In this document: piece by piece, positions 12,847-26,554 of the stretch
Position numbering within the stretch: position 1 is the stretch's first letter
Layout of the letters: every line of letters starts with the position of its first letter
Source of the DNA: Psilocybe cubensis
Taxonomy: Eukaryota
Direction: 5' to 3'
Length of the DNA: 64,000 nucleotides
NCBI GenBank assembly: GCA_017499595.2
Contig: CM039006.1
Coordinates: forward strand, 558,001-622,000
The notes under the pieces: generated by a model
Told to the model about the DNA's origin: nothing
The model's database searches: none
Seen by the model: only the letters and a program-made list of their open reading frames with translations
Position numbers and translations under genes: made by a program

Positions 12847-15800
12847 CCTCTGATTTTGTGTTATACTTTCTTTTGCTTATGATGATCATTGATACAACCA
12901 AAACAAAGAAAAACATTTGTCCGCCTCCGTGCACTATAGTATACCTAACACCGTACCCGTGTATTTATAAAATACTTCCGTAGACGAATATTTCTTTGCT
13001 GAATCGCCTACATCGCTTTCACTGGCAGATCTCAAGATGGAAATGCACACTAATGCCAACACCAACTACATTCAATCATCCTCCGTCACCGCCAGATCTT
13101 TGGCCACCTTATCGTACTTTCGGCGCTATTTTTGCAGGTCTGGTTGCGTGCGGGTACGCCGCAGAGTAAGGCACTGGGGTGTTCTGGATCATGCTCACTG
13201 CACCTGTTCTCTATGTGCAATGATCGTTCAAGATTCGATAAGAAACTAACTGGGATAGCCAGGAAAAGGCGAAGCCCTGGAAAGTGTTGCCAATGGATAT
13301 CTGAGGATGGACAGGTGTTCCGCTACGGACACCACAGCACCTAGCCGAGACAAACGCAATAGACATATTAACAAAAAAAAATTGCCCAAGAGGGTCGATA
13401 TTGTACAACCCCGTAGCATCACAAAATGGGTACGATGACAAAAGTATTGGGCCAATGACACAGGGCATGCTGGATACAGATGATCATAGTATGCGCAGTT
13501 CAGTGCAACGAAGTTTTCGGGATTTTGGACCAACTGTTCAGGGGCACTTACTTAGTGTATCACACCGGCCAAGTTGCCAGAATTGCTAACGTTGGATGGT
13601 CGGGATTTGTCGAGTGACAACATACCCGTATCAAATCCTGATATCTGGCGTAAAATGTAGCGTCTGACGCGGCTTTGAAGAAATCGACAAAAATGAAAGT
13701 TGGCTTCTGGCACGGTGTCCCGGTGGTATAATACAGTAATGCTCAGCGCACGCGATGTTGTTACAAACACTTGCCTAAGCATTAGCATAGCATAATCAGC
13801 TAGATTGAAGGCAAGAGCACAGTTTTGGGACCAAAATCCGTCCAGTTCACGGCGAAAAAGTCAGGATTGACAGTGAGTGACTAAGTGAAACGAGAGCAAA
13901 GCCGAAGCCGGAAGACCGAACATGGGTAAACGTTGGGTAAAAGAGAGGACCAAAGTTACATTTGGCATAGCTAGTTGCTCCAGGTTAGAATAGTCCGATA
14001 TCGGATACTACTCAGCGCCACCATGACACTGGGGTATCCTAGTGGCCAGTAAAGAGATAAATGCAGGTTGAGACAGGCAGGATCGTCTGACAAATGCAAT
14101 GCTGACGGTATTTGGTTGCCTTTATTTGTATCTAATTATCAAGACCTGTTCATCTTTCGGGACGTATGCCGGTGTAATGCCGGTGACATCGTTGGCACTG
14201 GTGGGTGCCCCACCATTCACCTTGTCATATCATGTTATTGGCAAGCTACAATCAGCGAACAGATTCATTTTCGCCTACAAACAAGATTATTTTTCAGAAA
14301 AAATGTTACCCGATGGAAAAGAATTCTCACTGCGCATGCTTATATAATAATGTAAGCCGGCCAAGGCTTATTTGCATCGGAGCGTGAACTACGGGATTTC
14401 CCGTTCAAACAGCTCCGAATGCAGCCTGAGCTAGGCTTTTGCTCAAGCTTCCAGATTCAAGGGCTCGAAACTCAGTTATGAGTACGCCATGTACACTAAA
14501 ATCACTTTTTAAATGCGAGTCAGCCTGGCCTGGAAGTCAGTTCTTTTCTGTTGTCTGCCCCTTCACTCCACTGGACTCGGAGGCAGAAAATTTGCCTCAA
14601 TATTTAGGACTCTGACCTTCCATCAGGGATTCGGTGGAATGCTGGCATTAGAATATATTCACTGTAATCTGGTATATTTGATATAATGATTATAACCAGT
14701 AATGTGTTTCCAGCTCAAATTCGTATTCTACTACATTATGATGAAATTATTTTGGCAAAACGGCGACATTGGTATATTATGATGCCTCCATATATTATCA
14801 CCGTGTTATCGGCAGCAAGGTTATGATTTCGGAATATTAATTACATCTGAATGCAGAATTAATGTCGTTCCTGCAGCAATCCGATATGCAGTATACACTG
14901 TCTCACTGGTGACTGGGGGGGAGGCGGCCTCTGGTTTGGTACATCTTCTGGATCTTATCCATCTTTAGAATCTACTGTAACGAGTCTAACGACAGCTGAG
15001 AATGTACGCAACAAACCCGCATCTAGCGGGCCAGGATGGCATTGAGCGCTCAATTCGACTTTGAATACTTCAATGATTCATGAAATGTCTCAGCATTGTC
15101 AGCAAGGCGGGTAAGATTTGGCGAAAGTGTATCATCGTACAGGTTAACATGGTTTAATCCATCGGGAACGGAGCACTACCGTCTATCTGTCTAGCTAGTG
15201 CTTCTCCTCTCTTCCGGGTCTTTCTGTGCTAAAGAAATCCCAGGACTTGTATGCGGACAACTAGGCTTATCCTAGTGTACTACGGCTTTCGCCTTCTGCC
15301 CACGAGGACAACAGAGTCATCATCTAAATTTGGTTGCTCTTTAGTCGAATTGAAATTCCCGATAATAAGTCCTCTCGGGCATCAGTGGATACAATACCAT
15401 GGAATCCGACCTACTGCTCCCAGGAGGCCATTTTATTCTATCTTATCAATATCATAATCGGAGAAGTGCTTGTACATCCTTCATTAGCGAACGGATCTGC
15501 CTGCCTTCGTGATCGGACTCGGAAGGGCTTCAATTCTCCGTTCCGCTACTGCATTACAACACGCCTCTTGACATCGTGCGGGTGTGGCGCTGCAGGCGGC
15601 GCATACCTGGTCCAAAATGTGCGGAACACATATGCATCTATGGGATATAGTCCCCCCGCGCGCTGCATTACTCGGAAATACTCTCTCCTTGCTCATAGGA
15701 GGCGTGCAAATGCTTTACGGTGCAAGAGTGCTTTAAGGGGATCCCAAAGCAAGCGCTCACAGCTCTGCGACATCGGTTGTGAACCTCGTGTCAAAATTGT

Positions 15801-16309
15801 GCAGATCACTGTGACTTTGCTCGACCCACTCTACGCACCGTGTTTTATGCTAGCATCCGCGCACTCGTAGCGTGCGTATGACAGGACAAATACGACTTAA
15901 CTCATATGTCAAAATATGTCTCTGCGGACGTTCCGATGACACCGTGATTGGCCATGTTAAAATAAAAATTTGAGGCTTGTTGGATTGATCAAGATCGCCT
16001 TGATATGTTGTAGATCACAGTTGTTATCGTAGGTGATATGTCTGGAGCAGACATGTCTTCCAATTCACAAACGAGGTAACGGTCAATGGTGTGATGATTG
16101 TTGTACAAAATGCTGGATGTAGTACAGAATAGTATATGTTATGAATAAGATATAAATAAAAAATCGTTAAAGTTCGTGGTATAATATGTCCCGTCGTAAA
16201 GATTAATGCCCAGCAGAATTATAAAATAGAGACCGCGTCCCAGCGACCAAGAGAAGAAGGAAAGTCCAAGCAACAAAACCCCCAATAGTGAACAACGATA
16301 AGAGCACAT

Positions 16310-17760
16310 TTAGATGGACATAGAGCGACCCTTGACATGGTAGCGCCTGGCATCAACAAAAGAAGTTGGCGCAGTAGTTGCAACAACACTTGGCTTGAAG
16401 TCCTTCTTGGTGACTTCTTTGGCCACGATGCTTCGGAGCTGCAGATCCCGACAGAAGTCCTGGAGGCGCTTTGTCGCTTCCAGACGTTCTTGGGTCTCTT
16501 TGTCGGTTGGGGTGTCATCATCTTCATCCTCATCGGCGTTGTTGGTAACAGATACATCAATCTGCTTGAGCTTGTGATAAAATTCAGGTCCGCGCTCGAC
16601 GCGGAGCGAAAGGAACTTCTCCAGCGCTGAACAAATGTCGACCATGTCCTCCTGGAAACATTGGACTGATATTTTCTCAACCGGTGAGCCAGCAAGGTTA
16701 GCCATGGTCTCGACTACGCTGTCGACAGGGAAGAAAGGTGTGATGTGCAGTTTGCGGAGCCTGGCCAGAGGCGTCGCGGTGGGTTCGGAGAACACAGAGT
16801 CGGATACGGCGGCTGTCAGCGAGAACTCGTCTACTGTGGGGCCTACAGCGGTCATGATCCGTTCGGTGCAGCGCGTGTTAAATCCATCATCTCCGTGGTA
16901 GCAGCTACCGATGTCCAGTACCTGCAGACGGCACGCTACCGGGATAGAGGTCCACGCTTCGTGTCCAAGGTGTGTGTCTCGGATAGTGAGTTTTCGGAGA
17001 GTAGGTATACGGAGCAACGATGGAAGCGAGAGCTCCGATCCGAGAACTGGGTGGTCCGGGATATCATCGTCATTTAAAGCCAAAGGGGGACAAGGATAGG
17101 CGCCTTCGAGCTCTGGAGCGTGCATTTTAGACCGCGTAATACGATCGAGGGATAACTCCTCCAGGTTGCGCGTGTTAATAGCGATAGACACAACCAGCCT
17201 CTCGCTCCTAGGACATAATCAAAACCCGAAGCATACGGAAATCACCCAAGACTGGACTTACAGTGGTGCCCTTTGTTCATCACCGCAATTAGCGATAGAA
17301 ATTGATTTTAAATTTTGAAGATAAGGGAAAGGGGAAATGATGCTCTTGTCTAAAGAGCCTGACACTCGCATTACAAGTTTTGAGAGACGCGGTGAAGAAG
17401 ATAGGAGCGAAATGACGGTGTCTGCCCTGACGCGTGGAAGAACTGGCATGCAATTGGTGGCATGCTGGGTACTGATTTCCAATTCTTCGATGTAACTGCG
17501 GTAATCGCGAGGTACGTTTTCAATGAAGCTTTCGATGGCCTCATAGTCATCGAGCTTGACTTTCTAGAAATGGCAGAAGTCCTGTCATTTTAAAGCACGC
17601 GGTGCTCACACAAGAAGCTCACCTTGAACAAAGCCGGTACACAGGCTTGATATGTCCGTTGGTCAACCTTGGAGAGTGAGTGGACGTCTTCGGGCTCGAG
17701 AATGTCGATGATGGAAATCATCATCTCGTTGGGGAGGGTGAGCCATGAGCAGGTAGACAT
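16310..17760 (-). CDS. F-box protein with LRR/RNI-like C-terminal region
   Basis: Exon 1 reads MSTCSWLTLPNEMMISIIDILEPEDVHSLSKVDQRTYQACVPALFK (F-box-like LPxE motif); later exons have LxxLxI repeats (LSKLVMRV, LKSISIA, LEELSLD, LRKLTIR, LRKLHIT); two introns. Confidence 0.75.
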
Positions 17761-20700
17761 TGCAGCCTAGATCTATTTTAGAGAGGAGGTGGAGAGCGAA
17801 GTAAGTTAATGATATAACACTAGGAGGCACGTTGGTTTTAAGAGATTGGAGAGGCAAGGCTTAAGAACTTTGGAATCTTCCCGACAAGGTCGCGAATCGA
17901 TGACCTCGGAGTAAAGTCACTCAAACCTGGGGAGAAAATAAATATGAAAATCAGAAATTAGGGTCAAACGGAGACCCCGGAAACTTGCTAAGAATCTTAT
18001 TGGTGCGTGCTGAGCGAATAAGCCAGAATCACACGCAACCATCCGCTTTTGGGATAAAATCAGGGCGAATCCTGTGATGACGGCATCAATTCGTGTAAAT
18101 CTGGGCTATCTTGAGTTTCCGGGTCCCGGCTCTGAGATGCAAGCAAACCTGTGCGTCTGTCAAGGCAGGGCGTCCTCTCCGTTGCTCCGATGCCCCAGCA
18201 TCTATTGACTTGTCGAATTATCGATGTGTGATCGAAGTATCTATGCGATGCCCTGGCTCATCACTTTGCTTCTCATGAGTTTGTATGTCGAAAGAGGAGC
18301 TTCGGACAGGATTCCGTTCCTTACTCGTTTCATCTTCTTCCCCGATGCCCTGCAGTCTTCTGGCCATCTCTACGGTGAGCTGGCCAAAACACACGGTCAC
18401 CCGCCATCTGCCCAGTTTTTCTTTGTCACCGAAGCATTTCATCAGCAGTGTCCTCAGAATTGCTCTCTCCGGTGCGATCAGGAGCGTTTCTCAGTCCAAG
18501 GCCATCATGATTGAACGCGCGGTATCCCACCGGCTGACGGGCTTCAATTCGCCTGTTCCATTTTTTAACGAACAGTGTTCTGTCTTGTCCTGATCTGTCG
18601 GGCAGTCGTCGCTGTCGAGTAACCATTTGCCGCCTTTGTCATTTGTACGCAATTGAGTGCATGGCGTTCAAACAAGTGTCATGCGGCGAAAGTCATCTAT
18701 GAATAATGAGTCCATCAACGATACACGACGCTCGATCCCAAGACTTTTCTCAACTGATCCTATGCGGCGCCTAAGAGCCTCGTGTTGTAGAATGCGAAGC
18801 GTCAGAAGCCAACTAGACAAGAAATGCCCAACACATGCACTAGTTGTGCGGGCCTCATTATGATATCCGTGTGTGTAGTACGCCATAATTTTGGACCGCG
18901 TAGTCATGTAACCGGCGGCTACGAGATCAGTGCTTACCGCAGCTCCTGAACGCCTACAAGTTCAGACCCTCGACGAATTTATCATAGTCGGGGTAGAAAA
19001 ACGTTTCATTGCAACGAAGGCAACAAATTGGAAGCAACTCGACTATCGAGGGGCGCATGTCAGAAATAAAATGTTGCCCGCCACTCGCGCTCCCGCCTAG
19101 TACGGAAAATAAGTATTGAGCAGCAGTCTATCGAGATCCCGCTCCCGCTTGCGTTCCTCAATATACTGGACCGCGTACATCCCGTCTCCAGCGCAGAATA
19201 AGGATGCTGAGTTACCTTTGTAGTGTTTCTATCTCAAGCTTGTGCTGTTTCCATTCTATCGCATAGTCACTCCCTTACTGATGAAGTATGCAGATGGTTT
19301 TGGGCATGCAGAATACCTTGTTCCACCTTCTTTCACAACAAGAGTTTTGCCGCTGATCTAAGCTCTTCTTAAAGATCACCACTGAATCTGAAAACGTTCT
19401 TGTGCAAACCACAGTGAAGATCCATTATGCATATGTCATTTAGGAAGAAGATCACCAGATAGCGTCCGGATGATACTTGGAACGTTTAATTTGAGTGGAG
19501 TGCATCCGATATTACTATCATAGCTAGTCCAATTGAGTTTACCTCAATTCAACGGCCACAAAATCTCTGGGAATCTCGCCGCCGTCCTTTTGCACTACAC
19601 CAAAAGTACACTATCGCGCTGACTTTGGCCACCGATCATCGATTTTGTGACAGTGCTATTTGAGGTCGCATCAAGGCTGTGCTCTTAGCTCCAAGCATGA
19701 GCTGTAATCTGGCCTATGTATATTCCGGTCCTGTCGGTTTATTCGCTCCCACCCTATAAAATACACCGAATACACAGACAACGATGGGTGGAAGACGAAT
19801 AAGAGGTGTGTACAAAATGTAGCGCCCATCAAAGATGATTGATCCTGGGTTTATCCAATCTTGACAGAAATTTAAGCTTTTTGTCCTCGTCAAGAAATTC
19901 TTGACTCTTGAGTGACTCTGGACATTGAATCTCCAGATTCTATTTATAGCCGTGGCGTTTGGGATCGATCTATAAATAAGTAGGTATCACATCACCTCAT
20001 CCTTTGATCTTTGCTGTGATCAGTGCTCCCAGCCTTCGTTATCAGGCGGAGTGATACCTGTACCGTGAAAAGAGATGAAGTAAGGTTGGTACAATTCCCA
20101 TGACCTCTGAACTATGGTTAGCTCATAAAACATGAATAAAGATGTGATGTACCCCTGAAGATTCGTTCCGTAGTTGCGCAATCTTTTAATTATATCGCCT
20201 TGATTCAGATGTAGGCGGGTTACGACAGTACAGCGGCGTCAGCTAAATAAGACGTTTATCCGGTACGACTTCATTTGATTTGTGAATCTAATCCTCCTAG
20301 TTCTGCTAGTCTAGATCTTTTATTGTCTGATCCATTTTAATTATGATGAAATTCAAGACTAGTAAGGTTAAAGAAACTGCCAGTGTTGAGGGTTCAAAGT
20401 TCAAAAGTAACTGCTCATGTGTGATACTTACATTTTAAAGATCTGAAGATAGGGGCTTTGTTGATCCTAGATAATGGAGACGCATCTTGCACTTGATCAC
20501 GGTTACCCATGCTGTAATTGTGGTTATTTGAAGAGCCTACGGGATCACTCTGGCGCATAACTGCTACTGACCCGCCTGATTTAATGACAGCCCCTATGCA
20601 GTGCCTATCCAACCTTTGATCGATGACACCGCAACCACCAAAACAAGGCCGCGTCCTCCGAGACCCAGCGCGGCAGAGCCCCCACGTGTTTACAGTGCGC

Positions 20701-22509
20701 TTTTGCATGTCGGATAACGCGTGAAATGATAATTGGAAATTTAGAGAGAAAAAACGCGTGAATTGGCAGACGGGAATGATAGATGATGAACAGTCCTTCA
20801 TCACTTGAAGAAGCACGAGCGCTGACTGTGAGTACGTCTGGCGGTGACCTATCGCTCTTTGGAGATAAGCAAGCTGAGTTATTTCCCCACGAATAATTTC
20901 CCCAAAACAAAGGCCGAGTTGGAACAAGAAATGTAGTAGTATAATCATCAGTGTACTGAAGCATTGGATTGCCCTTGTGAATGCTAAGGCTTATAGCCCC
21001 TGTTTATCGATTATCGCCTCCTCAACAATCATCATCGTATCGGCGGCCTGTGCAAAGACTATCAAAATTATACATAGACAACATGTTGTCGCTTTTACTG
21101 AAATTAGTAAATTTCATACGCTGGACATCTACGTGCGTGTCATATATCATGAAGCAGCATGAAGCCCACATGTCGAACATCTTGGCTGACAATGCTAGCA
21201 GAATGCCATATGAAAATTAAGTATATCCTTCGGAATGCTCTTGCAGCATTCCCGAATGCCCTTTTAGAGTACCGCGTACAACAGCGTTAAAACCAGGTCT
21301 AACTGCGCCACATTGGAACCGTGACGACAGTAGATAAAAGAGGATTTTGCGTCTATCACCGGAAAAAAGAACGCTTCCTTTGGAAACCACCTAATTCCAA
21401 AATCATGCGTCGTTGTGTCGGAATCGGCAACTCCGGGAGAATGACAATGAGCGCTCAGGTGAGAATGCTTTCTTCTTTGAACAGATTCCATAAGGAGTCA
21501 AAATTTCTAATTCTGGTAGTACAGTTGGAGATGGGCTGCATGTGGTGGTTGAAGCCAGAAAGCCGTACGGCTACACTGAACCGAGTACTGTTATAAAAAT
21601 ACTGCAATTTGCACTCACAGTCGCTGATTCAAGGTGGATAATATATGAGGGTTACATCGTGGATTAACCGTTCCGATGACGATTCAGAGTGCTAATTCCT
21701 GCTTCTGAAGTGATGAACATGCCTCGATTGTTCTTAAACAGCTAGGTTTAGGTACTGTGCATCATTGTACGACCTCGAAACTGCTTTACTCCACAAGTCA
21801 CCTCGCATATTGGTGATCTTCGCCTCCGATGAGCCTATTTTCGGATTATCTGGAAAATAATGGATTTTGAACGCCGCTTTGCAAAATATCATATTTCGCA
21901 TGGCTGGTGGTTTACTCTACTCCCATGTGAGTAACATCAGTGTGGCAAAATTGCTGATTGACACCTTTTAATCTAATTTTTGTTGTTCGTAGCTTGATGG
22001 GTGTGATTAAAACGTGCGTTGCGGAGAAAATGGGGCTGATTTCGCATAGGCATCGGCTCCCAGCTTCCCATTCGACGCGTTAATTCCTTACAGAAAGGGC
22101 ACTGTCAGCTGGAACGACAACGGTGCGGAGGTCACCCAGGTACAGATGTCCATTCATGGCCAAGCACCCCGTCCGCACAAGCCGTATGAACTTCGCGGGC
22201 GTTTGTCATTTGATGACCGAAGTTCCGGAAATAGGCTTGGAAGTGAATTGGGAATACAGATGTGCATGAGACAGACGAAAATGTAAAAAATGGACATTAT
22301 ACTTGCATGGGTGCACTTGTCAAGCAGCGTGACGTAGGTTTGATCGAAGTGAGAAATGGGAACAGCCCAGTGGGAAAATGGTATCCAATTTGTTCTCTTC
22401 CATCTTAAACTCTCATGTTCAGTGACGGCACTTATTGGTTTCTTCTTATACTCCCTTGTTTCACCATTTAGATTACATTTGAGCATACCCTCTCTTTCGG
22501 CGGAATACC

Positions 22510-24944
22510 ATGCCAGAGTCTCGTGTAACAACACGACTATCCCCAGACGACAATGATCCCCTTTCCATTCATCCTCCCATCTTCGAGACGAGCGAAGAGC
22601 GCGCGGCACGACTTGCAAGCGAGCAACATGCTAAGGAGGTGTCGGACAATATTGACGAGGAGCTGGAGCAGCAGCGCGTGTTAGAGGGCAAGGGGCCTAA
22701 ACCTATCAAAATTCTCCTACTAGGTGAGTTTCGCTCATAGTTCGTTACTTCGCAGTTGACGTAAATGGGCATAACGATAGGACAGAGCGAATCTGGTGCG
22801 TCTTCTCTTTCAATTTTTTTTACTTGAGCTTACTATTCGATTCAGGCAAATCTACGACTCTCAAAAGTTTGTCAAGAAAATATTCGAAATATGTGAAATT
22901 TCTGATCATGAACGCTGCTTTCGCATGACCCACAGATTTTCAGCTGATGTATGATCCCAAGGTGCGTTGCTAAGTCTCGATGTCGACAATTTGAATTACG
23001 GTGTTAAGGAGACATGTGTTGATTGAGCTAGGCATTTCGGGAGGAACGCGCTTCTTGGCGCGCCGTGATTCAACTGAACATTGTTCAGTCCATTCGTACC
23101 ATCTTGTTGGCTCTGGCAAGGCTAGAAACCGTTCAAAGCCAACACACCTCAAGTTCTTCGAGTCTGAGTCCTAAACGATCTCATCCTCTTCTGTCTCCGG
23201 AGCTCTTGACTATCAAATCGCGATTACAACCTCTGGCTGATGTCGAACAGAACCTTGTTCGGCGCCTAACTGGATCTGGAGATGGGTCCTCGCAACGCTC
23301 TGGCTATGGTGTAACATCCGACACTACATCGACGAAAGGTGCTCTCAAAGAAATTGCTATTAACGCGGCTATACCCTGGAAGAATGCCTTTAGTAGACTC
23401 AGAAAATCTGAAGAAAGGAGCAGCCAGGATGATTCGGATGGGATTGACTGGGAAGATCCTGATGACCCCTGGCCTATCCTAAACACTTGCGCCCCCGACA
23501 TGATTGCACTGTGGAATAATCCCAATATAAAACAGTTATTGGTGAGGCAAAATTTAAGAATAGAGGACCTATCTGGATAGTACGTCCGACCTTTCGCCTA
23601 AGTTTCGAGCAAATCTAATCAGCTTACAGTTTTTTGGATTCACTGGAACGCTTGACGGCTCCTCGATATGTCCCCACGGATGGTAAGCACAAATCAAACC
23701 CCACTCGGGGAATAATGTGGTACCAATGAACATCACGCTCGCTACAGACGATATTCTCCATGCTCGGCTAAAAACGCTAGGTACGTTTCGAACCCAAGCT
23801 CAGTAATGTACTGGTTAATGAACTGAGGTTTTTATTTAGGTGTTAGCGAATACATCTTCAAAATATCTACCAGTGCGTACTCGACATCATTTTAACTCGG
23901 TAACAGGCATCTGAAATTGAGGTTTATCAGGTGGCACAGTGAGAGATTGGAAGGTTTATGATGTCGGCGGTCACAGATCCCAGGTGAGTATTTGATATGT
24001 GCAATAACTTTTGCGTTGAGCAAGTATACCGACATTATATTCTTTCTATAGCGAGGTATGGCCTTATCCTGCTAATGCTAACTCTCGGCACTCATCTACC
24101 CCATTAAATCATTCCTAATGTTAGCTGCCTGGGCTCCCTACTTCGACGATATGGATGCTATCATTTTCCTTGCGCCAATAAGGTGGGTGCCTAGTCATTT
24201 GTAAGCCTAACCTTTTCTGAATCTCATGGGATCCGGCAGTTGCTTTGATCAGGTTCTTGAGGAAGATCACAAAGTCAATAGATTGGTGCGTTGGGGACAC
24301 CCACTGGATCTTTCCCGGCCCGACTTACTCGAGTCGTTTCACAGGAAGATTCCTTTAAGCTGTGGACATTGATTGTTTCAAATGAACTTCTCAAGAACAC
24401 CAACCTGATATTATTCTTAAACAAGATCGACATTCTGCGCACGAAACTCTCATCTGGAGTTCTAATGAAGGACTATGTCGTGTCATATGGTGATCGTCCA
24501 AATGATGTCGACCATACAGCGGCATGTGAGTCATCTGTCTTCTCTCCATCTACTTTAATAGAACGTTTTGCGGCATACGCTAATCAAAGTTTGGCAGACC
24601 TGCGGAGGAAGTTTGGTAAGCGAGTTTTACTGCGCTCTATTCTGTTTCTTCGGGTCTCTTGACATTTTTACTCTCAGGGGGTATTTTACATGAGCGATCC
24701 CCATCAACTCGTGTTTTCTATTGCCATTTTACGACAGTCACAGTGAGTATAGCAATAAGCCTCATACGGGTAAAGAACTCACATATCTGTTATCCCTTTC
24801 TCCAGGATACCAAGTCGACAAAGTTGATTCTCACAAATCGTGTGTATTTTTGTCTATTTTCATCTGTCAGTGACCTTAATAATTTTCGTAGTTAAAGACA
24901 TGTTGATGCGGCAAAACCTACTGAAAACCAATCTTATTAACTGA
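22510..24944 (+). CDS. Heterotrimeric G-protein alpha subunit, non-canonical type (~17 exons)
   Basis: Spliced motifs KILLLGQSESGKSTTLK (G1), DILHARLKTLG (G2), DVGGHRSQR (G3), LFLNKID (G4), HFTTVTDT (G5); TGA 24942-24944. Confidence 0.88.
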
Positions 24945-25254
24945 GTCAATTTATCGAATATTTACCCGGGCGTACTATCGTTATATTTTCACTTGTAGTA
25001 TATATAAGATGCATACAGACTTCACGAGGTCCTACAGCAAGTATATGGTATCGGAGGTAGGTATGAGCATTCTCTATAGTATGTTTGGAGCATGGGAATT
25101 GTATTGAAGGCCTACCTGTCAACAGTCAAAACGAGGGTGAGTGTTTGGAGGGAGTCAGTCGATGGAGTATGAAGTGAAACGGCTGTAAGTCCATTCGGAG
25201 AAAAGATAGCTCCAGATAATCCTTCAGTTTGCTGGCTCCCTTAAGGAACCGACC

Positions 25255-26070
25255 TCATGATTCACATCTTGATGCATCTACGCTCGCTTCAAGCGGGTCC
25301 GTATAGGGTATCTGATTCGGTAACCTTGTATTTCGCCACCATAGTGCTGGACGACCGTGTTGCCCTAACATATGCCTTTCCCAACGTACTTCCATTTGAC
25401 CCTGTAAAAGTCCTTGAGCACCCGATAGAGCAGGGTTGCACACCGCTGCACCGGGACCAACGAAGGTTTGGGGAGACTCGAGTCCACCTTCTGACTCAGG
25501 ATCTGAAGTACGGTTATCATCCACAGGAGGTAGGTGCAGCATAAAGAAAGGTATCGGCGACGAGTGAGCACGCAGGAGCGCGGATTTGGTGAAAGGCGAT
25601 TCGGAAATCAGGAGGGCCACCATCGGAATATGGGCTTGCCCAGGAATAGACACGTCCGGCTTTTCTTCATCAACAAGCCCAGGGAGAGTCGACGGCATGG
25701 TTATGAAGCGGTACAGAACGCCTTCAAGCTCGCGAACGAAACTCGGTCCCATTTTCTTCTTTTCCGCTTTGCATTGTCCCAGGACGCGTATCCGTCGCCT
25801 TTTGGTATATGCCGTTGAGCCTGCCGTATCGTCATCATACGGAAGCCACCACCAGCCCACAAGGTCAATTCCACCGTCTTCTTTCCCTCCAACGCGTTTG
25901 AGAGACATGGACATCGTCTGTTCCAATAGTGCAAGGGATCGTTCTTCAAACGCAGTGCCTTTGTGGACTGTACTGACTTCGGTCGAGAACAAACATTTCA
26001 ATACGCGTTTGCAGCATACAGACCGAAAAACTCGATGGAGATTTAGCAGGGTTCCCCCTCTTCTGAGCAT
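25255..26070 (-). CDS. RRG7: Required for respiratory growth protein 7-like (DUF2034, PD-(D/E)xK nuclease-like fold), mitochondrial
   Basis: Single ORF with STVHKGTAFE, RVGGKEDGGIDLVGWW, VLGQCKAEKKKMGPSFVRELEG; presequence-like start MLRRGG (upstream in-frame ATG at 26091 also possible). Confidence 0.8.
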   Translation of the reverse strand: MLRRGGTLLNLHRVFRSVCCKRVLKCLFSTEVSTVHKGTAFEERSLALLEQTMSMSLKRVGGKEDGGIDLVGWWWLPYDDDTAGSTAYTKRRRIRVLGQCKAEKKKMGPSFVRELEGVLYRFITMPSTLPGLVDEEKPDVSIPGQAHIPMVALLISESPFTKSALLRAHSSPIPFFMLHLPPVDDNRTSDPESEGGLESPQTFVGPGAAVCNPALSGAQGLLQGQMEVRWERHMLGQHGRPALWWRNTRLPNQIPYTDPLEASVDASRCES

Positions 26071-26554
26071 GCTGCAAGACTCTAAGAACATATTTTTGGG
26101 TTAGCAAAGCTGTCGTTTCGCTGGGATATGCGGATAAAGACAGAAAGCACCTGATTTTCCAGCGTATGAAAACGGTATATGTTCACTCAAAATGGTGGGA
26201 CTTCCCCAAAGCACGGAACAGAAGAGATTTATGGCAAACGCGAGGGAGATTCATGGTCAACACTCTTTGGCGACACAAAAAGTTCATCCACGACAAATTA
26301 GTCACATGTGATCAGTTTGAAATATCACATGACTGTGCCGCGTGTCGCGTCGACGAAACACGCCGCCCATAACAAATCATCGGAGTGCGCGTAACTTGTT
26401 TGCAGTACCTGCATTCTCTCAAAAAAGAGTTACATTTTGTTTATAATGCAATGACGCTCGGTCGAGCAATTAAACATTCAATAGGCGGACCATTAAACGA
26501 AGTACGAGTACCGATTATACAAATAAATAACAAATAAAGTCAAAACCACAGATA

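Noticed and set aside
13040-13790. Possible decayed gene on the minus strand downstream of K2
   Set aside because: Fragments are interrupted by stops and I could not tie them to any family; needs TBLASTX.
14350-14650. GCC/GGCT- and TCC/GGA-rich motifs reminiscent of eroded transposon ends
   Set aside because: No pair of TIRs or TSD could be delimited.
17900-22450. Numerous short ORFs between the F-box and G-alpha genes
   Set aside because: No recognisable motifs or consistent splice chain; treated as a long intergenic/regulatory region, although a small gene cannot be excluded.
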